The notes under the pieces are model-generated. The model saw only the letters and a program-made list of their open reading frames with translations. It did not search any database and had not been told where the DNA came from. From positions 158,284 to 222,283 of the forward strand of contig JBMNFV010000001.1 of the NCBI GenBank assembly GCA_050949505.1: a stretch of 64,000 nucleotides of DNA. The letters are read 5' to 3'. This document shows positions 18,730 through 28,048 of this stretch, piece after piece. The DNA is from Patescibacteria group bacterium. Its GTDB lineage: Bacteria > Patescibacteriota > Patescibacteriia > Patescibacteriales > UBA12465. The first letter of the stretch is position 1; each line of letters opens with the position of its first letter. The translations under genes and the position numbers were made by a program.

Positions 18730-20040
18730 ATGAAAATAGAAAAAAAGGATTTAGAAAAATCACAACTGGAAATAACGGTAGAGCTTAGCGCCGATGAATT
18801 TGCTCCATATGTAGATAAGGGGGCAAAAAAGCTAGCCGCAGAAGTTAAAATAGAAGGGTTTAGACCAGGAAAGGCGCCTCTAGAAGTGCTCAAGCAAAAA
18901 GTGGGAGAAATGGCCATTTTAGAAGAGGCGGCTAATATAGCAGTTAGAAAAACTCTAGATGAAGCCATTAAAAAGGGCGGAGAAGAGCAACAAGCAGTTG
19001 GTCAGCCTCAAGTTAATATCACTAAACTAGCCCCTAATAATCCTTTTGAGTATAAAATAACCGTTACTATTTTACCAACGATCATTCTGGGGAAATATAA
19101 GGAATTAAAGTTAAAGGTTGAGGAGGCTAAAATAGATGACCAAGAGCTAGATAAGGCTTTGGGTGACCTGCGGGAAATGCGAGCTACTGAAGCGCTAGTA
19201 GATCGAGGAGCTCAAGATGGGGATAAGGTAATGGTTGATATAAAAATGCTGCTAGATAAGGTGCCAGTGGAAAATGGAGACTATAAAGACTTAGCAATTT
19301 CTATGGGGAAAAACTATTTTGTGACTGGCTTTGATGAGCAGATAAAGGGGGCAAAAAAGGGCGAGGAGAAAAAGTTTGATTTAGTTTTTCCCGAGAGTCA
19401 CCATCAGAAGAATCTGGCTGGCAAGAATGTTTCTTTTGAGGTAAAAATAAAGGATGTCTATGAGCGAGTTTTACCAGAGCTTAATGATGAATTCGCTAAA
19501 GGATTTCAATTAAAAGATCTAGCGGAGCTAAAAACCAATCTAAAAGACAGTTTGTTATTGGAGAAAAAAAGAAATATAGATACAAAAAACGAGTCAATGA
19601 TGATTGAGAAAATTGTGACAGACACTAAGTTTGGCGAGATTCCAGAAATATTGATTGAAAATGAAAGTCAAAATATGTTGGCGGAGCTAGAGCAGAGTGT
19701 GGTGAGGCAGGGAGGAGAATTTGCCGACTATTTAAGTCACCTAAAAAAGACTACTGATGAATTGCGCTTAGAGATGCTTCCTAATGCCGTTAAGCGAGTG
19801 AAGTCAGCTTTAGTTATCAGGGAAATTGCCTTGCAGGAAAAGATAGAAGTTAGTCATGAAGATATTCATCAGAAAATTGATGAGCTAGAAAAACAATACC
19901 AAGGCAATGAAGAAGTTTTAAAAATGCTTCATGAAGAAGGTTACCACTCTTATCTAAGCAGTATCCTAACTAATGAGAAAGTTTTAGAAAAATTAAAAGC
20001 CTGGAATTATGGCGGTGCTAGTCAGCAACAAAAAAGCTAG
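18730..20040 (+). CDS. tig: Trigger factor
   Basis: 436 aa. N-terminal ribosome-binding domain with GFRPGKAP signature, central FKBP-like region and helical C-terminal domain. Confidence 0.9.
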   Translation: MKIEKKDLEKSQLEITVELSADEFAPYVDKGAKKLAAEVKIEGFRPGKAPLEVLKQKVGEMAILEEAANIAVRKTLDEAIKKGGEEQQAVGQPQVNITKLAPNNPFEYKITVTILPTIILGKYKELKLKVEEAKIDDQELDKALGDLREMRATEALVDRGAQDGDKVMVDIKMLLDKVPVENGDYKDLAISMGKNYFVTGFDEQIKGAKKGEEKKFDLVFPESHHQKNLAGKNVSFEVKIKDVYERVLPELNDEFAKGFQLKDLAELKTNLKDSLLLEKKRNIDTKNESMMIEKIVTDTKFGEIPEILIENESQNMLAELEQSVVRQGGEFADYLSHLKKTTDELRLEMLPNAVKRVKSALVIREIALQEKIEVSHEDIHQKIDELEKQYQGNEEVLKMLHEEGYHSYLSSILTNEKVLEKLKAWNYGGASQQQKS

Positions 20041-20464
20041 TTTTGATTATGAGTTGCTCAGTAATTATGAGGCCGGCTTGGTTTTGCTTGGGCATGAGGT
20101 CAAGGCTTTAAAGAATGGCCAAGGCAGTCTTAAGGGTGCCTATATTAGTCTAAGGACTAAGGCCGGCAAGTCTGAACTGTATCTAATTAATGCCCAAATT
20201 TCTCCCTATAAATATGCTGGCCCTTTGCCTGACTATAATCCTCTTAGAGACCGCAAGCTCTTGTTAAAGCGTCAAGAAATAAATCAATTGGTGGGGAAGA
20301 AGGCAGTGGAAGGCTTGACATTAATTCCTTTAAAAATATATACTAAGCATAGTTTTCTTAAACTAGAGTTTGCCCTAGCCCGAGGGAAGAAGAAACATGA
20401 TAAGCGAGAAGCAATTAAAAGAAGGGATGTAGATAGGCGGCTAAGATCTTTGATAAAACGTTAG
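20009..20464 (+). CDS. smpB: SsrA-binding protein SmpB
   Basis: 151 aa. Motifs: NKKASFDYEL, GHEVKALK, RDRKLLL, basic C-terminal tail. Overlaps the tig 3' end by 32 nt. tmRNA starts 8 nt after its stop. Confidence 0.9.
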   Translation: MAVLVSNKKASFDYELLSNYEAGLVLLGHEVKALKNGQGSLKGAYISLRTKAGKSELYLINAQISPYKYAGPLPDYNPLRDRKLLLKRQEINQLVGKKAVEGLTLIPLKIYTKHSFLKLEFALARGKKKHDKREAIKRRDVDRRLRSLIKR

Positions 20465-20472
20465 AAAAACTA

Positions 20473-20856
20473 GGGGATGCCAGGCATCGACAGTCGAGTT
20501 TTTCTGCTAATATTCTAAACGTGCTTAACTATCACGCTAAACTAGTTAACACAGACAAATGCCAAAACGGCAAGAGCGTTCACTTGGCCAGTTCCAAGTT
20601 ACGCCCCAGTTATGGCCTAAACAATAAGGCGATAACCATCGAATAATAGCCAGTCTCCATAACTATTAATCGGTGTCATAATCATGGAGATAGAAATTAA
20701 TTAAGCTTAGTGATTAATTTCAAATCAATTTTAAGCTCGTCATTAGCGCTTTTTGCTTGATTTATGATGCTAATGATTAACCAAATAAGTCAAGCTATTT
20801 TAGTAAATGTATTAGTGGAAAGCGATTGGACATGGGTTCAACTCCCATCATCTCCA
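20473..20856 (+). ncRNA. ssrA: tmRNA (one-piece)
   Basis: 5' GGGGAUG pairs with 3' CAUCUCC (20849-20855, one G-U pair). The T-arm GGGTTCAACTCCC precedes it. An internal ORF from GCC at 20561 to TAA at 20618-20620 reads AKTARAFTWPVPSYAPVMA. Confidence 0.85.
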
Positions 20857-20860
20857 CATT

Positions 20861-20946
20861 GCCGTGGTGGCGGAATTGGTAGACGCGCTGGACTTAAAAT
20901 CCAGTTACAGTTTTATGTAGTGCGGGTTCGATTCCCGCCCGCGGCA
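20861..20946 (+). tRNA. tRNA-Leu (anticodon TAA), class II with a long variable arm
   Basis: Acceptor GCCGTGG/CCGCGGC, anticodon loop CTTAAAA, T-arm GCGGGTTCGATTCCCGC. Starts 4 nt after the tmRNA end. Confidence 0.9.
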
Positions 20947-20951
20947 CATAA

Positions 20952-21023
20952 GCGGGTATCGTATAGTGGCTATTATGCGACCTTGCCAAGGTCGAGAGAC
21001 GAGTTCGATTCTCGTTACCCGCT
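20952..21023 (+). tRNA. tRNA-Gly (anticodon GCC)
   Basis: Acceptor GCGGGTA/TACCCGC, anticodon arm CGACCTTGCCAAGGTCG, T-loop GTTCGATTC. Confidence 0.9.
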
Positions 21024-21030
21024 CTAGTTA

Positions 21031-21058
21031 AATAGCACTCCTGGGGGGTGCTATTTTG
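21031..21058 (+). terminator. Rho-independent terminator after the ssrA-tRNA array
   Basis: ATAGCAC...GTGCTAT stem followed by TTTTG. Confidence 0.75.
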
Positions 21059-21079
21059 TTTAGTAAGTTCGGAAATCTA

Positions 21080-21107
21080 TTGGCAAGTGGATAAGATTTG
21101 GTATAAT
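21080..21107 (+). promoter_or_regulatory. Promoter of the 21156/GH3 operon
   Basis: TTGGCA (21080-21085), 16 nt spacer, extended -10 TGgTATAAT (21099-21107). Confidence 0.5.
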
Positions 21108-21155
21108 TTAAGATGAAAACTTTAGCAGAGATAAAAAATAAATTAATTAAGTAAT

Positions 21156-21578
21156 ATGGATAATATAAATTCCTTGTGGACCAGGTTATTAAGGTTTCAT
21201 AAATTGATAATAGACCAGGCTAAAATAAGGTACGAACAAGAAAATGGTCAAATTTCACCACAAGAATATTTCAAGCTATTAACTAATCACGAACAATTTA
21301 ATTGGCTCAAACCAATTAATCAAATTTTAACCCAGGTAGACGAGGGAATGGAGACAGTTGGTCATAATCAGGGGAAGCTGAGAAAAGCTTTAAATAGTTT
21401 AGAGAACTTAATTTTAGGAAAAGGCAATCAAGAATTCTTTAAAAAGTATCAAGAATACTCAAAGCAAGACCAGGTCTTAGTTAGTTTAGAAAAAGAAATT
21501 CTTGCTAGATTAAAAGAATTATTTACTAATTTTGACGATGAGGAATCTTCGGGCTATAATAAAAAGAAGGTTAAATAA
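21156..21578 (+). CDS. Hypothetical helical protein
   Basis: 140 aa with no recognised motif. Its stop lies 2 nt before the GH3 start codon. Confidence 0.55.
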   Translation: MDNINSLWTRLLRFHKLIIDQAKIRYEQENGQISPQEYFKLLTNHEQFNWLKPINQILTQVDEGMETVGHNQGKLRKALNSLENLILGKGNQEFFKKYQEYSKQDQVLVSLEKEILARLKELFTNFDDEESSGYNKKKVK

Positions 21579-21580
21579 AC

Positions 21581-23119
21581 ATGGGGGCAATTAAAAAATT
21601 TCCAGTCAACCTATTTAAGCGACGATTGGCTAACATAGAAGCATTCAAGGAGGATCCGCTAGGAACGCAAGCGGATAATTTTTTCTATTTAGTCAAAAAG
21701 GCTAAGGCGACTACTTATGGCAAGACTTATAGTTTTAAAAAGATTCTTCAAGAGCCAGACTTTGTTAGTGCCTATAAAATGTTTAGAAAGACGGTTCCCT
21801 TAGCAACCTATGATGACTTTAAGGTTTGGATTAGACATGCTCGTCAGGGAGAAAAGAATGTTAGTTGGCCAGGGAGAGTAAAAATGTTTTCTAAGTCATC
21901 AGGAACAACTAGTGATAAAAGTAAATTCATTCCAGTCACTAAGAGATTTTTAGAAAAATGTCATTATGCGGTTGGGCGAGATGTTTTTGCTTGTTATTTT
22001 AAAAACTATCCAGACTCTAAATTGTTCTTTGGTAAGACCTTGAGCTTGGGCGGCTCAATGAGGGAAGATGAGGTTAATAGGGCTAATGTTTGCGGAGACA
22101 TTTCAGCGATTATTATGAAAAACCTGCCTCTCTGGGCGCAGTTAGTTAGAATTCCTAAAAAAGAAACTGCTCTAATGGAGGAGTGGGAGAGTAAGTTGGC
22201 TAGGTTTGTGCTTGAAACTAAGGATGAAAATGTAGTGCTATTAACTGGAGTTCCTTCTTGGGTATTGGTATTTTTAAGAAAACTAGAAGAAGAAACGGGA
22301 AAAAAAGTAAAAGAACTTTGGCCCAACTTAGAGCTATTTGTTTATGGAGGAGTCTCTTTACGACCATATGAAAATCAATACCGTGAGCTTTGTGGCCCCA
22401 AGATGAGATATTTGGAAACCTATAATTCCGCTGAGGGCTTTTATGGAGTAGGGGATGACCCTAAAAAAGAAGATCTATTGTTGATGCTAGATTACGATAT
22501 TTTTTATGAGTTTATTCCTCTAGAAATATATGGCCAAGAGAACATGAGGGCTTATCCTTTATCTAAGGTGGAGTTAAACAAAAATTACGCCTTAGTTATT
22601 TCTACTAGCGCCGGTCTTTGGCGCTATATTATTGGTGATACGATAAAGTTTACTTCTCTAGAACCGCATCGCTTTATCATTACTGGCCGGACTAGTAGTT
22701 ATATCAATGTTTTTGGCGAAGAGTTAATGGTAGATAATGCTAACCGAGCGATTGCCGCGGCTAGCAAGAAAACCCAGGCAACTATTTTAGAATATAGTGT
22801 GGCCCCTATTTATGCCACTAAAGAAACAGCTGGAGGACATGAATGGCTAATAGAGTTTATTAACGAACCAAAAGATTTAGAGGAATTTGCCGATATTTTA
22901 GACCAAGAATTACAACAAACCAATTCTGACTATGAAGCTAAGCGGTATAAAGATATTACCTTAAAAAGATTAAAGTTGGTTAAGGCTAGAACGGGACTAT
23001 TTAAAGATTGGTTGATTACTAAGAAGAAACTGGGAGGACAAAACAAGATTCCCCGCTTAATGAATGAGCGAGCGCTATTTGAGGAGATGTTGGAGTTAAA
23101 TAATTCAATAGGGAATTGA
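21581..23119 (+). CDS. GH3-family acyl-adenylate-forming enzyme (annotated in databases as 'GH3 auxin-responsive promoter' family)
   Basis: 512 aa. Motifs: FSKSSGTTSDKSKFIPVT, LTGVPSWVLVFL, LWPNLELFVYGGVSLRPY, YNSAEGFYGV, FYEFIPLE. Confidence 0.8.
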   Translation: MGAIKKFPVNLFKRRLANIEAFKEDPLGTQADNFFYLVKKAKATTYGKTYSFKKILQEPDFVSAYKMFRKTVPLATYDDFKVWIRHARQGEKNVSWPGRVKMFSKSSGTTSDKSKFIPVTKRFLEKCHYAVGRDVFACYFKNYPDSKLFFGKTLSLGGSMREDEVNRANVCGDISAIIMKNLPLWAQLVRIPKKETALMEEWESKLARFVLETKDENVVLLTGVPSWVLVFLRKLEEETGKKVKELWPNLELFVYGGVSLRPYENQYRELCGPKMRYLETYNSAEGFYGVGDDPKKEDLLLMLDYDIFYEFIPLEIYGQENMRAYPLSKVELNKNYALVISTSAGLWRYIIGDTIKFTSLEPHRFIITGRTSSYINVFGEELMVDNANRAIAAASKKTQATILEYSVAPIYATKETAGGHEWLIEFINEPKDLEEFADILDQELQQTNSDYEAKRYKDITLKRLKLVKARTGLFKDWLITKKKLGGQNKIPRLMNERALFEEMLELNNSIGN

Positions 23120-23269
23120 CAAAAGGCAATCAGTAGTCTATAGTTAATAAGCAAAATTCAATATTCACCTCTTAATAAACTCTCGGAGTGGCTGCCCAAT
23201 TAACAATGAGGCAAAGGTGGCCGAGAGACTTGATCGTAAGGTCTTGTTTATGGCTCTTTTTTTATTTTA

Positions 23270-24592
23270 ATGAGTCAGTTGAATTTAAAATATATGAAAG
23301 AAGAAAATAAAAACTCTGATGAGTTTGCTAAATTATTAGATCAAAACGAGTTAAACATCCCTCAGATAGGAGAGATTGTTAAAGGACGAGTAATTACTGC
23401 TTCTAAGGCAGAGGTCATTTTAGATATTAATGGCATCATGATGGGAGTGGTAAGGGGCCCGGAACTATACAATGAAGTAGAGGAATATTCCTCTCTTCAG
23501 GCTGGTGATGAAATTGAAGCCATGGTCATTGATGAGGAGAATGAAACGGGCAAGTTAGAGCTTTCCTTTAGACTAGTGGGGCAGGAGAAGACTTGGAATA
23601 ACTTACGCCAGGCTCATAAAGAAAAGGAAGTGATTAAGGTGAGAGTAGTTGATGCTAATCGGGGCGGACTAATTAGTCGTTATCGTCAGATTGATGGCTT
23701 TTTACCCGTGTCTCAATTAGCTCCAGAGAACTATCCTCGTATTTCTGGAGGCGATAAGACTAAGATTTTAGAGAAGTTAAAGTCTTATGTGGGGCAAGAG
23801 TTTCAGGTAACAGTTATCACCCTTAATGAAGAGGATAATAAAATTATCTTTAGCGAAAAAGAAGTTTGGAACAGGGAACAGCGACCTATTCTAGATAAGT
23901 ACCAAGTAGGCACTCAGGTAGAAGGACGAATTACGGCCATTACTAATTTTGGAGTCTTTATCTCCTTTGATGGTGGCGTAGAGGGTTTAATCCATATCTC
24001 GGAGTTAGCTTGGCAAAGGATTGATGCTCCTAATGAGATGTATAAGGTGGGAGACAGTATTAAGGCGGAAATTATTTCCCTTGAAGGCTCTAAGGTCTTC
24101 TTAAGTGCCAAGCGGCTCATCCCTGATCCGTGGCTAGAGGCTAGTGCTAAATATCAAGTGGGGCAAATTGTTGATGGCACCATTCTAAAAGTTAATCCTT
24201 TTGGATTATTTGTTAAATTAGATGAAGAGATTCATGGCCTAGCACACATTAGTCTGTTGAAAGTGGATGCTAAGCAAAAGATTTCTGAACTATATCAAGC
24301 CGATGAGGTTAGAAAGTTTGAAATAGTGAGCATTTCTCCAGCAGAGCACCGCTTGGGGTTAAGGCTAGCAGAGGAAGAAAAATCAGAGGAGACAAAGGAG
24401 ACAAAGAAGAAAGAGATAAAAAAGGAAGAAGTTAAGGAGGTAAAAAAAGAGACCACTCAGGACGAGCCAAATCAAGAAAAAGTTCAAGAAGAGAAGGTAG
24501 CTAAACAGAAGAAAAAAGAAGTCCAAAAGCCTATTCAAGAAAAAAAGACAACTACAGTTAAGGATAAGAAAAAAGTAGCTAAAGAAAAATAG
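23270..24592 (+). CDS. rpsA: 30S ribosomal protein S1 with a K/E-rich C-terminal tail
   Basis: 440 aa. Repeated S1 domains (GEIVKGRVI.., GQEFQVTVI.., GTQVEGRITAITNFGVFISF, GQIVDGTILKVNPFGLFVKL). The last ~75 aa are low-complexity K/E. Confidence 0.85.
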   Translation: MSQLNLKYMKEENKNSDEFAKLLDQNELNIPQIGEIVKGRVITASKAEVILDINGIMMGVVRGPELYNEVEEYSSLQAGDEIEAMVIDEENETGKLELSFRLVGQEKTWNNLRQAHKEKEVIKVRVVDANRGGLISRYRQIDGFLPVSQLAPENYPRISGGDKTKILEKLKSYVGQEFQVTVITLNEEDNKIIFSEKEVWNREQRPILDKYQVGTQVEGRITAITNFGVFISFDGGVEGLIHISELAWQRIDAPNEMYKVGDSIKAEIISLEGSKVFLSAKRLIPDPWLEASAKYQVGQIVDGTILKVNPFGLFVKLDEEIHGLAHISLLKVDAKQKISELYQADEVRKFEIVSISPAEHRLGLRLAEEEKSEETKETKKKEIKKEEVKEVKKETTQDEPNQEKVQEEKVAKQKKKEVQKPIQEKKTTTVKDKKKVAKEK

Positions 24593-24600
24593 CGGGCTCT

Positions 24601-24662
24601 AAAATACCCACTTAGTCGGGACTAGTCTAATTGATAGTCTTAGGTTAAGGTGGGTATTTTAA
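24601..24662 (+). terminator. Long-stem terminator after rpsA
   Basis: AAAATACCCAC (24601-24611) pairs with GTGGGTATTTT (24650-24660). Confidence 0.6.
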
Positions 24663-24683
24663 AAAAACGGGAAAAAAGTGAGA

Positions 24684-24712
24684 TTGTAAAAAAGTCAAAA
24701 ATAGCTTATAAT
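24684..24712 (+). promoter_or_regulatory. Promoter upstream of ftsH
   Basis: TTGTAA (24684-24689), 17 nt spacer, TATAAT (24707-24712). Confidence 0.4.
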
Positions 24713-24744
24713 AAAGATAATTAAGAAAAAATAATTTCAAGTTA

Positions 24745-26574
24745 ATGAAAAAGTTAATTCAAAATTTTTTAGTTTTTTTCGTTGTTTTTTTGGTAATCGC
24801 TACTATTTTTAGTACCTTTTCTGAGGGAAAGTCCAAAACTCAAACTATTGACTTGGGAACCCTGATGACTCAAGTGCAGGATAGTCAAGTTGCTGAGATT
24901 ATCGTTGATGGTAGCAAATTAAAGATAACGCTTCACGATGGCACTAAAGAGCTGGTTATTAAAGAAGATAACGAATCCCTATCAGCCCTGTTTAGTAATT
25001 ACCAAATAGAGCCTGATAAAATATTAGCGATCAAGACTTCAGTTAAGGGCACCAGTTCTTGGGAGTATTTCTTGATTAATATTGTCCCCTTCTTATTCCC
25101 CTTCTTAATTATTGGTTTCTTTATCTTCTTTATGATGCGGGGGGTGCAGGGAGTGAATTCTCGAGCGATGAATTTTGGTCAATCAGGGGCTAAGGATTTT
25201 AAAGTCAGCGAAAAAAATAAAACAACTTTTAAGGATGTGGCGGGAGCTAAGGAGGCTAAAGAAGAGTTGCGGGAAGTAGTAGAATTTTTAAAGTTTCCTA
25301 AGAAGTTTCACTCTCTAGGAGCTAAAATTCCTCGGGGAGTACTGCTTTTAGGAGCCCCAGGAACCGGAAAAACCTTGTTAGCTCGCTCCGTGGCTGGTGA
25401 AGCCAAGGTACCATTCTTGCACATCTCAGGCTCAGAGTTTGTGGAAATGTTTGTGGGAGTCGGAGCCTCACGAGTTAGGTCCTTATTTGAAAAAGCCAAA
25501 AAAAATTCTCCTTGTATCATCTTTATTGACGAAATTGATGCCGTTGGTCGTCGTCGGGGGGCTGGGCTAGGTGGTAGTCATGATGAACGCGAACAAACCC
25601 TCAATCAAATTTTAGTAGAAATGGATGGCTTTGAGCCAACGCAAAATATTATTGTCATTGCGGCGACTAATCGTCCCGATGTACTAGACCCTGCCTTGCT
25701 ACGTCCTGGCCGATTTGATAGACGAGTGATGATAGACTTGCCAGATCTAAGAGACCGAGAAGCTATCTTAAAAGTTCATTCTCGCAAAAAACCGTTAGCT
25801 GATAAAACTAATTTAAAAACAATTGCTGAAAGAACCGCCGGTTTCTCTGGGGCTGACTTAGCTAATGTGCTTAATGAAGCTGCTATTTTAGCAGCCCGAG
25901 AAGACCAGCAAGAAATTAGTGACCTTCATTTATTTGAAGCAATTGAGAAGGTTTTGATTGGTCCAGAAAGAAAGAGTCGGATTATTAATGATAAGGAGAA
26001 AAATATTACGGCTTACCATGAGGCCGGCCATGCAATAGTTTCACACTTTTTACCAGATGCAGATCCAGTTCACAAAGTTTCTATTATTGCCCGAGGTAGT
26101 GCTGGTGGCTACACCCTGAAAGCCCCTACTGAAGACCGACACTTACACTCAAAGTCAGAGTTTATCTCAGAGATCGCCGTCTTATTGGCCGGACATTTAG
26201 TGGAGAAAGAAATTTTTGGTGAAGTGACTACGGGCGCTTCATCAGACCTGCGCCGAGCGACAGATTTAGCTAGACGACTAGTGACCGACTACGGCATGAG
26301 CGATAAATTAGGGCCCAGAACTTTTGGTGATAAGGAGGAAATGATTTTCTTAGGTAGAGAAATTCATGAACAAAGAAATTATAGTGAAAAGCAGGCTGAG
26401 TTAATAGATGAGGAAATTAAAAACTTTATTGCCCAAGGAGAAGATTTGGCCAAAAATGTTATCAAAGAATATCGCTCAGAGTTAGAAAAGATAGTAGCAG
26501 TACTCTTAGAAAAAGAAACCATTGAAAAGAAAGAATTTGAAGAAATTGTTGGCGCTAAACCAAAAAATATTTAA
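24745..26574 (+). CDS. ftsH: ATP-dependent zinc metalloprotease FtsH
   Basis: 609 aa with two N-terminal TMs, Walker A GAPGTGKT, Walker B IIFIDEID, and zinc site HEAGHA. Confidence 0.95.
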   Translation: MKKLIQNFLVFFVVFLVIATIFSTFSEGKSKTQTIDLGTLMTQVQDSQVAEIIVDGSKLKITLHDGTKELVIKEDNESLSALFSNYQIEPDKILAIKTSVKGTSSWEYFLINIVPFLFPFLIIGFFIFFMMRGVQGVNSRAMNFGQSGAKDFKVSEKNKTTFKDVAGAKEAKEELREVVEFLKFPKKFHSLGAKIPRGVLLLGAPGTGKTLLARSVAGEAKVPFLHISGSEFVEMFVGVGASRVRSLFEKAKKNSPCIIFIDEIDAVGRRRGAGLGGSHDEREQTLNQILVEMDGFEPTQNIIVIAATNRPDVLDPALLRPGRFDRRVMIDLPDLRDREAILKVHSRKKPLADKTNLKTIAERTAGFSGADLANVLNEAAILAAREDQQEISDLHLFEAIEKVLIGPERKSRIINDKEKNITAYHEAGHAIVSHFLPDADPVHKVSIIARGSAGGYTLKAPTEDRHLHSKSEFISEIAVLLAGHLVEKEIFGEVTTGASSDLRRATDLARRLVTDYGMSDKLGPRTFGDKEEMIFLGREIHEQRNYSEKQAELIDEEIKNFIAQGEDLAKNVIKEYRSELEKIVAVLLEKETIEKKEFEEIVGAKPKNI

Positions 26575-26610
26575 AATAAATTATAGTTAAGCTAAATAAA
26601 TAAAAATTAT

Positions 26611-26817
26611 ATGGCAAATCCAAAGAAACAAAAATCCCAAGCAGCTACTCGTCGCGGACGATCACACTTGGCCCTTAAGAAAACCTTGCTAGTTAAATGT
26701 CCTCAGTGTGGTCAGTTAAGACAGCCACATACGGCCTGTTCTTTCTGCGGCACCTACAAGGGGAGAGAGGTAATAAAGAAAGAGGGGGACAAGAAAACTA
26801 AGACTAGTAAGAAGTAG
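26611..26817 (+). CDS. rpmF: 50S ribosomal protein L32
   Basis: 68 aa. N-terminal basic RRGRSH and Zn-ribbon CPQCG..CSFCG. Confidence 0.85.
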   Translation: MANPKKQKSQAATRRGRSHLALKKTLLVKCPQCGQLRQPHTACSFCGTYKGREVIKKEGDKKTKTSKK

Positions 26818-26823
26818 GTCCAT

Positions 26824-27318
26824 ATGTCTAACCGGCACTTATCACGAACCATTGCTCTGCAGACTTTATTTGCTTGGGACTTCAATGGGCAACAAGATGA
26901 GAATTTGCAGGTATTAATTGCTGATAATTTTTCTAACTTTGCCCCCAATTTTAATGACGGTGGCTTTGTTTCCGATTTAGTTAAGGGAGTCGCTAAAACC
27001 TGTCAAGAATTGGATGAAAAAATAGTTAAGTATGCTACCGAGTGGCCTCTGGATCAGATTAGTGCTATAGATAGAAATATTTTACGTCTTGGCATGTATG
27101 AACTTATCTATACCGAGGTTCCACCTCGGGTAGTGATTAATGAGGCGATTGAAATAGCAAAAAACTTTGGCGGTGATGCTTCTGGTAAATTCATCAATGG
27201 GGTGCTAGGGGCTTTATATAATAATGCTCCAGAAATTCAAAGCCGAGATAATAAAGAGGAGTTAAAGGCGAGTCAGGAGCAGAAACAAAAAATTGACACC
27301 AAGGAAGCCCTATCGTAA
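26824..27318 (+). CDS. nusB: Transcription antitermination factor NusB
   Basis: 164 aa. Motifs: RTIALQTLFAWDF, DRNILRLGMYEL, VVINEAIEIAKNFG, KFINGVLG. Confidence 0.85.
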   Translation: MSNRHLSRTIALQTLFAWDFNGQQDENLQVLIADNFSNFAPNFNDGGFVSDLVKGVAKTCQELDEKIVKYATEWPLDQISAIDRNILRLGMYELIYTEVPPRVVINEAIEIAKNFGGDASGKFINGVLGALYNNAPEIQSRDNKEELKASQEQKQKIDTKEALS

Positions 27319-27345
27319 TAATAGGGCTTTTCTTTCTATAATTTT

Positions 27346-28044
27346 ATGGCGAAAATAGAATTAGCTAATTTACAAAAACAACTAGGGGTTAATTTTAATA
27401 ACCAAGCCCTCCTTAAACAAGCAATCACTCATCGCTCGTATCTTAATGAGCATCCGGAGTTTAAATTGGGACACAATGAGCGCTTAGAGTTTTTAGGGGA
27501 TGCAGTTTTAGAGATTATTGTTACGGAGTACTTATATCTAAACTATCAAACTACTCCTGAAGGAGAGCTAACTAATTGGCGAGCTGCCCTAGTTAATGCC
27601 AAAATGCTTTATGAAATTGCTCAAGAGCTAAACATAGATGAGTACTTATTATTATCCAAGGGAGAGGCTAAGGATAAAAACAAGAAGGCACGACAATTTA
27701 TCTTAGCCGATGTTATGGAAGCAATTATTGGCGCCATTTATTTAGACCAGGGAATGGAGGTGGCTAAGGTATTTGTCCTAACTAACATTGTCTCTAAGCT
27801 TGATGAGGTGCTGGAAAATCAAGCCTACTTAGACCCCAAGTCCCACTTCCAGGAAAAGGCTCAAGAACAAAGAGGGATCACTCCTCACTATGAAATTATT
27901 AGCGAAACTGGCTTGGACCATGACAAAACTTTTGTGGTGGGACTGTATTTAAATGACGAGCTGATTACTACTGGAGAAGGTTCTTCTAAGCAAGAGGCGC
28001 AAGTAATGGCGGCTACCTTAGGTCTTAAAAAATTAAATTGGTAG
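27346..28044 (+). CDS. rnc: Ribonuclease III
   Basis: 232 aa. Signature NERLEFLGDAVL, with a C-terminal dsRBD. Confidence 0.9.
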   Translation: MAKIELANLQKQLGVNFNNQALLKQAITHRSYLNEHPEFKLGHNERLEFLGDAVLEIIVTEYLYLNYQTTPEGELTNWRAALVNAKMLYEIAQELNIDEYLLLSKGEAKDKNKKARQFILADVMEAIIGAIYLDQGMEVAKVFVLTNIVSKLDEVLENQAYLDPKSHFQEKAQEQRGITPHYEIISETGLDHDKTFVVGLYLNDELITTGEGSSKQEAQVMAATLGLKKLNW

Positions 28045-28048
28045 AACT

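Noticed and set aside
20764-21027. 87-aa plus-strand ORF
   Set aside because: It spans the tmRNA 3' domain and the tRNA-Leu and tRNA-Gly genes, and the product has no protein-like features.
20473-23269. Island integrated at ssrA/tRNA-Gly carrying the GH3 module
   Set aside because: No integrase, and no direct repeat of the tmRNA or tRNA-Gly 3' ends at the distal boundary. The tRNA-like string at about 23207-23240 is a 5'-type fragment and too short to call an att site.
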